Virus record (IMG/VR): IMGVR_UViG_3300033074_001631
Location: 831-64,830 of that record
Length of the DNA: 64,000 nt
Source of the DNA: a virus
Lineage: Duplodnaviria > Caudoviricetes
Strand: one strand, 5' to 3'
In this document: piece after piece, positions 8,848 to 15,866 of the stretch
Numbering within the stretch: position 1 is the stretch's first letter
How the letters are laid out: each line of letters opens with the position of its first letter
Notes under the pieces: generated by a model
Databases searched by the model: none
Told to the model about the DNA's origin: nothing
Seen by the model: the letters and a program-made list of their open reading frames with translations, nothing else
Position numbers and translations under genes: made by a program

Positions 8848-9180
8848 TCATGCTAAGAGACGTGCTAACCAATCGACAGTTTTTTGAATTTTACGACCTA
8901 AAAAAGTTTTCGCAAAAGTGTTTTTAAAATCTTTTTTCGCTAAATCTAAATCGTGACTGAGAAACTCGCTTGTGTTTGACAGTTTCCAAATATCTTCATT
9001 ACTAAGTTCTGTCCATTCTCGCATATCAGGTGTTTTATAATGATTTTCGTAAAACAGTTTTAGTTTTTGAAATTTATCAAAACTTATAGTTTTGGGTTTT
9101 TCAAGCCTTTCAATGCGTTTGAATAGGTGAAAGACAACTAAGCAGTTAATGATTAGTGAAATTGAAATTAAGTGTTCCAT
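8848..9180 (-). CDS. Cassette 4 ORF, N-terminally anchored protein
   Basis: 110 aa with a hydrophobic N-terminus; TGA stop overlaps the GTTATCGGTCA cassette start. Confidence 0.7.
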   Translation of the reverse strand: MEHLISISLIINCLVVFHLFKRIERLEKPKTISFDKFQKLKLFYENHYKTPDMREWTELSNEDIWKLSNTSEFLSHDLDLAKKDFKNTFAKTFLGRKIQKTVDWLARLLA

Positions 9181-9218
9181 TTGATTAAATTTTATTTGTT
9201 TGACAATGAAGCACGAAC

Positions 9219-9350
9219 CGATAACAGCACCTACCCAAAAGCGGGGGTGATGTGGTTAAATCGGGTTTTGTGCTTCTATTTAAGTTCATTGTTTATTGAC
9301 AGTTTTCGTTTTCAAAATCCCCGCCTTCGGGTAGCTGCAAACCGTTATAC
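9219..9350 (+). repeat. attC-like site 4 (132 bp)
   Basis: CGATAAC-A-GCACCTACCCAAAAGCGGGG ... CCCCGCCTTCGGGTAGCTGC-AAACC-GTTATAC; arms match 17/20. Confidence 0.85.
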
Positions 9351-9536
9351 ACAATATTTTTTCACTTTTTCACTTCTCTCAATGAAGAAATCTACTCTCT
9401 TTTCTAATTCATCAGAAGTTGCCATCGGTTTAAACTTAATACCGTGGGTATCTACCCAAGTTTTAACATCACAAGCACCATAAGCTTCTTCTTTTAGAAG
9501 TTCTATCAAAATTTCTTTAAGTTTATTTGTTTCCAT
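9345..9536 (-). CDS. Cassette 5 ORF b, hypothetical
   Basis: 63 aa; its TAA stop is the TTA of the cassette-start GTTA (9344). Confidence 0.65.
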   Translation of the reverse strand: METNKLKEILIELLKEEAYGACDVKTWVDTHGIKFKPMATSDELEKRVDFFIERSEKVKKYCV

Positions 9537-9789
9537 TTTTTCTTTGTTTAAGTTTGTTTTCTAATTCCTGAACAGCATTTTTCTTTTCTTCCAATTCTCT
9601 TTCGGATTTCTCAACTTCTTTTTTCAGCTCTTGATGATACTTTTCCATTTTTTTCCATTTAAGAACTGGATTTATTTCTGAATAAATATCATCAAATAAA
9701 TCCTTAATAGTTTTACCAAAAAGTATTTTACTCCAACTTACTTCTTCATTTAGAAAACTTTCCCATTTCTTAATCTTTATATCTTTCAT
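9523..9789 (-). CDS. Cassette 5 ORF a, coiled-coil protein with a head-protein-like leader
   Basis: 88 aa, MKDIKIKKWESFLNEE; C-terminal coiled coil. Confidence 0.65.
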   Translation of the reverse strand: MKDIKIKKWESFLNEEVSWSKILFGKTIKDLFDDIYSEINPVLKWKKMEKYHQELKKEVEKSERELEEKKNAVQELENKLKQRKNGNK

Positions 9790-9844
9790 ATTTAATTGAT
9801 TTATTTTTATTATATATTCTTAAATCAAAGTGAAAAAATACTTT

Positions 9845-9898
9845 GTATAACAAATGATAAACAACATTAAAACGATTGTTTATCATCGGACGTTAGCG
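9845..9898 (+). repeat. attC-like site 5 (54 bp, shortest)
   Basis: GTATAAC-AA-ATGATAAACAA-CATTAAAACGA-TTGTTTATCAT-CGGAC-GTTAGCG; perfect 11-bp arms. Confidence 0.85.
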
Positions 9899-10168
9899 GC
9901 AATCTTGAATGACGTTCACGCTACTAATTTCATCCCATTTTCCGAGAACTCTAACATACATTACTTTTCCGCAGGTGTCTATTACTACATATCTATACTC
10001 TTTGTCTGGTAAGGCGTAAACTTTTGCCTTTGGATACGCTTTTTCAACTGTTTCCATACACCTGCTATTATCAAGTGATTTATTTACGTCACTACAAGAA
10101 GTAAAGACTGCCGCTAACATCGCATATACGGCAATAGCGGCTACTGTGCTAATTTTAAAGTTTTTCAT
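9893..10168 (-). CDS. Cassette 6 ORF, putative lipoprotein
   Basis: Signal peptide ending FTSC. The signal peptide is encoded within attC6, and the stop is the TTA of GTTA 9892. Confidence 0.7.
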   Translation of the reverse strand: MKNFKISTVAAIAVYAMLAAVFTSCSDVNKSLDNSRCMETVEKAYPKAKVYALPDKEYRYVVIDTCGKVMYVRVLGKWDEISSVNVIQDCR

Positions 10169-10245
10169 TTCTATTTTACTTTTGTGGTTAATTCAACTTT
10201 TGTGCCTTGAAGCCCGCACGAACGGCAAGCCACAAAACGTTAGCG
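10112..10245 (+). repeat. attC-like site 6 (134 bp, poorly matched arms)
   Basis: CGCTAAC-AT... ...CAAAAC-GTTAGCG. The ends are intact but the inner arms barely pair. Confidence 0.6.
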
Positions 10246-10467
10246 AGCATAACAGATACAACTACCTTCACTATATCCTTTACATCGTTCACAGTAAGTC
10301 CAACTATCTTTAAACTCTTCCCAATCAACCCAATCATATTCATCTTGCCAAGCAAATAACTTCTCCAAATAATATTCAGAGTTACGCTCGCTAACATCAA
10401 GTAAACGCAAGTTTTCTTCCGTTATCTTTGATGTTAGTTTTTCAATTTTACTTTTGAATATATTCAT
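10240..10467 (-). CDS. Cassette 7 ORF, small protein with a C-terminal Cys cluster
   Basis: 75 aa, ends CERCKGYSEGSCICYAR; starts inside attC7; stop lies in GTTA 10239. Confidence 0.65.
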   Translation of the reverse strand: MNIFKSKIEKLTSKITEENLRLLDVSERNSEYYLEKLFAWQDEYDWVDWEEFKDSWTYCERCKGYSEGSCICYAR

Positions 10468-10521
10468 AATGTTGTTCCTTAAATTAAGTGAAAACCTGCG
10501 TTTACTTGCGGTACGTTAGGT
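10389..10521 (+). repeat. attC-like site 7 (133 bp)
   Basis: CGCTAAC-AT-CAAGTAAACGCA ... TGCGTTTACTTG-CGGTAC-GTTAGGT; perfect 12-bp arms. Confidence 0.85.
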
Positions 10522-10527
10522 GCAATG

Positions 10528-10785
10528 CTATTCGACACCATCACGATAAAATTTCTTATTCAAATTATGACAAGCAATCATTACATCTTCATAAGCACCT
10601 TTATATCGTGTCTTATTTTCGTTGTGAGTATCTATCACTTCCCATTTGTTATTTACACAAATCTTTTGAAATCTTCTTTCGGTGCTTATACTTGGCATTT
10701 TTACTTGTTCTTTAATTATTTCAATCATCTTTTCAAGTTTTGTGAGAAGCACTGCACCTAACAGCAAGTAAGCAATAGTTGCCAA
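10528..10785 (-). CDS. Cassette 8 ORF, hypothetical; starts inside attC8
   Basis: 85 aa; MATIAYLLLGAVL is encoded by the attC8 left arm. Confidence 0.55.
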   Translation of the reverse strand: MATIAYLLLGAVLLTKLEKMIEIIKEQVKMPSISTERRFQKICVNNKWEVIDTHNENKTRYKGAYEDVMIACHNLNKKFYRDGVE

Positions 10786-10849
10786 TAACTTCTCGGTTAA
10801 TAATTAAGTTCATCGTAGGCAACCATCGCCTACTTGCGAATCGTTAGCA
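10756..10849 (+). repeat. attC-like site 8 (94 bp)
   Basis: ACCTAAC-A-GCAAGTAAGCAATAGTTGCC ... GGCAACCATCGCCTACTTGC-GAATC-GTTAGCA; arms match 17/20. Confidence 0.85.
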
Positions 10850-10864
10850 CCAATAGCTACCTTA

Positions 10865-11152
10865 CTACTTCTTCTTTGGCTTAACATTTTTTACTTCACC
10901 AGTTGTTGTGTTTTTTAACTGAATATTTTTCAATTCATTTTTGCCATCATCAATCCAAATAAATTTAACTTTAGCAATATCAGAGTTCATTTTACCCTTA
11001 TATTCTTCACGCTCTTTTATTTTGGCAAAAGTTTGATTTACTTGATTAAGCCAAAGAAGAAAATCAATTGACAATCTTTCAAAATTTTCAGGCGTAGTTA
11101 CATTAACCAATTGCTCTAATGTTTCAATTTCGTATTTTTTTACTTTACTCAT
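10865..11152 (-). CDS. Cassette 9 ORF, hypothetical
   Basis: 95 aa, between GTTAGCACCA (10843) and TGTTGCTAAC (11185). Confidence 0.7.
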   Translation of the reverse strand: MSKVKKYEIETLEQLVNVTTPENFERLSIDFLLWLNQVNQTFAKIKEREEYKGKMNSDIAKVKFIWIDDGKNELKNIQLKNTTTGEVKNVKPKKK

Positions 11153-11187
11153 TCTATTTATGTTTTTATGTTAATAATCCGTACTGT

Positions 11188-11281
11188 TGCTAACAAGGTA
11201 TATATGCAATACCCTACTAAGGTTTATACTAAATTTTAAAGTTTCGGCTTCGGGTACTGCATATATGCCCAGCCGTTAGTT
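11188..11281 (+). repeat. attC-like site 9 (94 bp, last in the array)
   Basis: TGCTAAC-AA-GGTATATATGCAATACCC ... GGGTACTGCATATATGCC-CAGCC-GTTAGTT; arms match 16/18. Confidence 0.85.
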
Positions 11282-11282
11282 G

Positions 11283-11456
11283 CTATCTGTTTTTGTTCTT
11301 TTTTGTCCCACGCACTTTGGTTTTTTCAAAACCATTAGATTTTGATTCTCGTTCCAAAATATCCTGTGCCAAGTTTTTAAAATCTGTGTTCTCATCAATG
11401 GCTCTTTTGCTCAATGATTTTACACATTCATCTGATAGGTCAAGTAGTTTTTTCAT
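11283..11456 (-). CDS. 57-aa ribbon-helix-helix-like DNA-binding protein (not in ORF track)
   Basis: Hand translation MKKLLDLSDECVKSLSKRAIDENTDFKNLAQDILERE...; beta-helix-helix pattern; ATGA-type overlap with 11453..11758. Confidence 0.5.
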   Translation of the reverse strand: MKKLLDLSDECVKSLSKRAIDENTDFKNLAQDILERESKSNGFEKTKVRGTKKNKNR

Positions 11457-11758
11457 TTTATTATTATTTTTTGCGCTTTAAAACCTTCTCTTTTAATATA
11501 AAAAGGCGGTGATACTATGTATGCTTTTTTCAAATTTTCTTCCCCTATTTTTATTGCTTCTCCAATAGTTAAATCTTTAACCCATTCCCCGCTTGGTAAA
11601 ATATGAGCAATATAATGGGATGATGCTTTTTCATTCAATCTGCCCTCTTTTTCTAATAAAGAAAAAATAAATGAGTTTTGTTTATCAGATAACCAAGCCT
11701 GTTTGCCATTCGCAAGGGCTTTATCATAAATTGATTTTGCTAATTCTATTGAGTTCAT
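11453..11758 (-). CDS. Hypothetical protein
   Basis: 101-aa ORF with a promoter-like GTATATTTA near 11780. Confidence 0.6.
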   Translation of the reverse strand: MNSIELAKSIYDKALANGKQAWLSDKQNSFIFSLLEKEGRLNEKASSHYIAHILPSGEWVKDLTIGEAIKIGEENLKKAYIVSPPFYIKREGFKAQKIIIK

Positions 11759-11809
11759 ATTGTTCTAATTTTCTATAAATATACACCATATATACGCTAT
11801 TTCCCATAG

Positions 11810-12388
11810 TTAAATTTTGTTTATTTCAAACCCCATCCAAACGGAACGATATAACCCATGAATATTCTCATATGTGTCTCCATATAATTTCCCGTTTATT
11901 ACTGCAACAGCATGTCCTTGAAGTAGTAACACAAATCGACCAATTGGATTATTTTCCATAAATGATTTCAAAGTATAACCTGTGGGGTTTTTGTATTTTT
12001 TGTTTATAAGTGTTTTGTTTAAACCGATTTTAACACTGAAATGTTCTTTTGAAGGGTGGTAACCTAAATAATTTATTTTATAACCATTCTCAATTGTATT
12101 AATAATATTTTTGCAATAAAAATATAATAAAGTACCTCTTCTATTTACACGATTCAGTTTTGTTTTGACCCAAATATGAGATTGTTCATATGAGAGATCC
12201 AAGGCTATCATAAAAGACCTTACAACGCAATCATTAGATTCATGTCTAGCTAACCAACTTTGTTTACATACTAGATCTATAGTATCAACATATAAACCAG
12301 GTCTTAAAATTTCAACCTCTTTACCACGCCAAAGTATTTTTTCAGTAATTTGCATAACTTTTTTTAAATTATTCCGGCAAAAGACCAT
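11810..12388 (-). CDS. Hypothetical, possible papain-like Cys/His enzyme (likely start 12355)
   Basis: NDCVVRS and GHAVAV motifs. Confidence 0.45.
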   Translation of the reverse strand: MVFCRNNLKKVMQITEKILWRGKEVEILRPGLYVDTIDLVCKQSWLARHESNDCVVRSFMIALDLSYEQSHIWVKTKLNRVNRRGTLLYFYCKNIINTIENGYKINYLGYHPSKEHFSVKIGLNKTLINKKYKNPTGYTLKSFMENNPIGRFVLLLQGHAVAVINGKLYGDTYENIHGLYRSVWMGFEINKI

Positions 12389-12596
12389 TATTTTCTAAAG
12401 CCATCCATAAACGCTCTTTCCAAGTCTCATTTTTAACTCCTTCGATAAGATCTTTATCATTAGAACCGTTAAGGGTAGCTTGACCTACTAAAACAAGAGC
12501 TTTTTCAATACATTCTTGAAAGTTTTCAATTTTGCCTTCTTTCAAAAATATTTTTGATGATTCCCAGAGTTGAGTGATTGGACCGTTGATTTTCAT
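12369..12596 (-). CDS. Hypothetical protein
   Basis: 75 aa, directly downstream of a promoter-like element. Confidence 0.6.
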   Translation of the reverse strand: MKINGPITQLWESSKIFLKEGKIENFQECIEKALVLVGQATLNGSNDKDLIEGVKNETWKERLWMALENNGLLPE

Positions 12597-12618
12597 AACT
12601 TTTTGTTTTTTTGTAGAT

Positions 12619-12650
12619 TAAATATACGAAAAAATTTTCGAAAATCCAAA
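12619..12650 (-). promoter_or_regulatory. Bacteroidota-type promoter
   Basis: Minus strand TTTGGATTTTCGAAAATTTTTTCGTATATTTA. Similar elements occur near 28876-28907, 30412-30442, 43249-43279 and 61508-61537. Confidence 0.6.
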
Positions 12651-12667
12651 TTTTTCGCATGAAAAAG

Positions 12668-14149
12668 TTATGAAAAATTTTTCACAAATTTAGTGGTTCC
12701 ACAATCCCATATTTTAGTATAACCCAATTCTTCCATGATTTCAAATTCGGTTTTATTAACATCACAACCCATTTTTTTTAATATTTTTTTATTAAAATTA
12801 AATCTATGATATCTTTTTAAATAATCTTTAGTATAAAAATAATTAGGAGAAGATTCTTTTTCTTTTTTAAATCCAATTTTTAAATACATATTATTATTAG
12901 GATCTGTCCATCTGTTATCTGAATATGAATATATTTTAGTAGGATTAAAATTTTTTATAAAAAAATTTAATAACTTTGAAGCTCCTCCTATTACATTATA
13001 TTTAGTAGCATATCTTGATAATTCATATATTTTTTTATCATTTTTATTTCCCCCCAAAGCAATTCTAGGATGAGAAAAAGTCATCACAGCCACTAATTCT
13101 TCTTTTAAAAATAAACCCAATTTTATTGAACTTCTATCAGATCCTTGTATATGGTAATTATCTAAAAATTGGTTTTTTTCTTTAAACAATATTTCTTTTA
13201 TAGAACATTTTCTAGCATATATTTTTGTTTCTGTAATATTTAATACAGAACGTAATTTATTTTTAACTATGTTTTTTTTATTTAACCATTCATCTGAAAA
13301 TATTTGTATTAATCTAATGTTATTATCGATAGCTTGTTTATATTTATTAAAATGATAATCTTTAAATCTATTAGCTTTTTCTGAATGCCAATATAGTCCA
13401 TTATATTCTATTCCTATATTTAGTTCGGGTAAATATATATCTATTTCATTTTTAGGAAAAAGTCTAACATTTGTTTTAATTTCTCCTTTATATATATTTT
13501 TTATAAATTCTAATAATTCTAATTCTTCCTTAGATTGTTTACCTATGTTAGAAAATACTTCCCAATCCCAGTGCCCTTTTATATAATCTCTATGATATGT
13601 TTCTTTACCTAAATCACAATTTTTACCATTTTCTAGTATAGAAACAGGTTCTCCACAACCACATTTACATGCAGGTATTTTGTTATCTAATACATATTTT
13701 ATTATATATTCAGATTTAGATATATTAGAATGTTTTTTTGTTATATGGTACATTAAATGTTGATTACTTTTAACCTTTTCACCACATATATTACATTTGA
13801 ATAAAGATTGTTCTTTTAATTTATTTTCTTTAATATTTTTAGGTCTAAATTCTCCATATTTAATAATATATTCTTCAGTTTTAATATTATGGGCCCACTT
13901 CAAATGCATTGCCATAGATCTTACTGATTCAGAAGAATTACATATTTTACATAAAACTTCATTTCTTTTGTCTCTGGTTGATTTTAATGAAAAATTTTCA
14001 TGTTCAAATCTCCAAACATACCCCCCAGCAGTTTTATATTTTCCTTCACAACACCTTAAAATAGAATCTCTATTAGAAATTTTTACATCTTTTATATCAT
14101 TATATAACTTTACTAAATGTCCTTCTAAAGAATATTGTTTTATTTTCAT
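12668..14149 (-). CDS. Composite homing endonuclease-like protein (NUMOD1, zinc fingers, Vsr/Hef-like nuclease, GNAT-like C-terminus)
   Basis: CCEGKYKTAGGYVWRF (NUMOD1); CxxC...HxxxxH fingers; EIDIYLPELNIGIEYNGLYWH; YELSRY...GGASKL...YSDNRW. Confidence 0.7.
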   Translation of the reverse strand: MKIKQYSLEGHLVKLYNDIKDVKISNRDSILRCCEGKYKTAGGYVWRFEHENFSLKSTRDKRNEVLCKICNSSESVRSMAMHLKWAHNIKTEEYIIKYGEFRPKNIKENKLKEQSLFKCNICGEKVKSNQHLMYHITKKHSNISKSEYIIKYVLDNKIPACKCGCGEPVSILENGKNCDLGKETYHRDYIKGHWDWEVFSNIGKQSKEELELLEFIKNIYKGEIKTNVRLFPKNEIDIYLPELNIGIEYNGLYWHSEKANRFKDYHFNKYKQAIDNNIRLIQIFSDEWLNKKNIVKNKLRSVLNITETKIYARKCSIKEILFKEKNQFLDNYHIQGSDRSSIKLGLFLKEELVAVMTFSHPRIALGGNKNDKKIYELSRYATKYNVIGGASKLLNFFIKNFNPTKIYSYSDNRWTDPNNNMYLKIGFKKEKESSPNYFYTKDYLKRYHRFNFNKKILKKMGCDVNKTEFEIMEELGYTKIWDCGTTKFVKNFS

Positions 14150-14183
14150 AATATTTTTTTAACGTATCGTGGATAATATATAA

Positions 14184-14211
14184 AAAGAGGGTTGAAAAAT
14201 CAACCCTCTTT
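14184..14211 (-). terminator. Terminator downstream of the major capsid gene
   Basis: AAAGAGGGTTGA-AAAA-TCAACCCTCTTT, perfect 12-bp stem. Confidence 0.75.
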
Positions 14212-14233
14212 AGTTAGTTACTAATTTTTATTA

Positions 14234-15835
14234 TTATATGGTATTTAAACCACTAACATAAATTTTAGCATAAAATTCTGGTCTTAACATTTTCTTTGCA
14301 TATCTTGTTAATAGACCTTTTCTTGGTGTAAAGGTATCAGGATCGTACACTAACGGAGTCATCACTAACGGAATATAAGGAGCAAATACAGCACCGGCTT
14401 CCAAAAACTGACTACCTCTAAATCCTAATAGAATAGTATTCTCAGTCATATAAGGGTTTTTATAGATGTTATATCTACTATTTAAAGAACCTACTTTTTG
14501 TACACCAAAAGCATATTGCATTTGAGCAGCATCTCCATTTGAATTAGCAGCAAACCCAGGAATTGATTCAAAGATAGTTGCTACTGTAGGAGAACATACT
14601 AAGAAATTAGCTCCACCTCTTAAAGTTAATTGGTGAATTTTATTACTCAATTTTTGTACTTTAGTACCAAGAGTTTGGAACCATCCTCCTTGAGTATTGT
14701 AATATCCTGAAGATAATGTTTCAAATGCAGTCCCACCACTGTTAATAACAGTATTGTTTACAGCTGACCAATATTCAGTTCCAGCAGCTGCATCTTGAAT
14801 TAACATATCTAATATTTCAAGGTCAATCTCCATAGAAATATATTCAGACATTATGTTTGTTAATTCTGCTTCTGCATCGATGTTTTGGTATGCACTTAAG
14901 TCTTGTGCATATTCAGGAGTCCAAACAGCCTTTAATTTACGTGTTTTAGCCACAATTGCTTGTGATTGCATTTTCACATTAATCTCAGGTATTGAAATAG
15001 GATTATTATCTGCATTTAATTGAGTGTTACCATCTTCGAAGTCACCTCTTTTATTATCAGCAGTAGCTAATGAATGAGATACTAAAATAGTAGGAGCAGC
15101 AGCTATTACTGTTGAACCAGTAACTACGAAAGTTACAGCAGATCCATTAGTTGAAGTAAATGCAGGCAAATAATCTAATTGAGCACTTCCTGAATAAGGA
15201 ACAAAGCTTCTAACAGCTTCAAAATCAGTTGATGAAGGTAATGTAACTGTTAAAGTTTTATATTGACCAAAAGAAGATGAATAATTTGAGTCAAAATTAA
15301 ATGTTGCCCAAGTAGTTGACCCTGAAGCAGCTGCTGCTGTTGAAGAAGTAGTATTTATTGTATAACTAAATCTTCCAGCTCCATACAAACCACCTGCGGC
15401 TGAAGGAGTAGCAAAAGGATAATTACTTCCTGTATTTCCATATAATGAAGAACCTGCACTAAAAGGGGCTTTATTAGTTCCATATTGGAAATCTAAATAA
15501 AATACTAGTCCTGAAGGTAAGTTCATTGGTTGAACAGAAACAAATTCCTTAGCTACAATTTGACCAAATACTTTACGTACTAAAGGAAGAGCAATACCTG
15601 CCCAGTTTTCACCTGTTCCTACTGTAAAAGTGTTATTTACTGTAGAAGTAGTGGAATTTTCTGTTACCAATTGTTTAGCTTGGTTTTCCAACATGATAGC
15701 CATGTTATTTGAATCAGTTTCACCTAATCCCTCTAAAAGTCCTGTTTTAGCCCATTTTGCTGCTAATCTTTTAGCATCACTTTGAACTGACTTCCAAGGA
15801 TTAGAAGATTCTAATAATGATTGAATAGTGTCCAT
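14234..15835 (-). CDS. Major capsid protein (T4 gp23-like)
   Basis: VQPMNLPSGLVFY, VAKTRKLKAVWTPEYAQDL, FAPYIPL and TRYA motifs. Confidence 0.95.
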   Translation of the reverse strand: MDTIQSLLESSNPWKSVQSDAKRLAAKWAKTGLLEGLGETDSNNMAIMLENQAKQLVTENSTTSTVNNTFTVGTGENWAGIALPLVRKVFGQIVAKEFVSVQPMNLPSGLVFYLDFQYGTNKAPFSAGSSLYGNTGSNYPFATPSAAGGLYGAGRFSYTINTTSSTAAAASGSTTWATFNFDSNYSSSFGQYKTLTVTLPSSTDFEAVRSFVPYSGSAQLDYLPAFTSTNGSAVTFVVTGSTVIAAAPTILVSHSLATADNKRGDFEDGNTQLNADNNPISIPEINVKMQSQAIVAKTRKLKAVWTPEYAQDLSAYQNIDAEAELTNIMSEYISMEIDLEILDMLIQDAAAGTEYWSAVNNTVINSGGTAFETLSSGYYNTQGGWFQTLGTKVQKLSNKIHQLTLRGGANFLVCSPTVATIFESIPGFAANSNGDAAQMQYAFGVQKVGSLNSRYNIYKNPYMTENTILLGFRGSQFLEAGAVFAPYIPLVMTPLVYDPDTFTPRKGLLTRYAKKMLRPEFYAKIYVSGLNTI

Positions 15836-15866
15836 TTTTTGTTATTAGTTTTTTTAATGTTTTTTA

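Larger units (their letters stand above)
6434..11281. mobile_element. Integron-like element: tyrosine recombinase, attI-like site and nine gene cassettes with attC-like sites
   Basis: See the individual site features. Each unit begins GTTAnnnnnn and ends with the reverse complement nnnnnnTAAC (8-10 nt match), followed by a hairpin and the next CGTTA. Confidence 0.85.

Noticed and set aside
7277-11281. CRISPR array
   Set aside because: The repeats are not identical, the intervening segments are 150-790 bp and contain ORFs, and no cas operon is present.
8071-11281. Hairpins as ordinary terminators or REP elements
   Set aside because: They lack U-tails, overlap start codons, and show cassette-wise end complementarity that terminators would not explain.
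11275-11810. A tenth cassette
   Set aside because: No complementary AGCAACTAAC or following hairpin was found; treated as the array flank.
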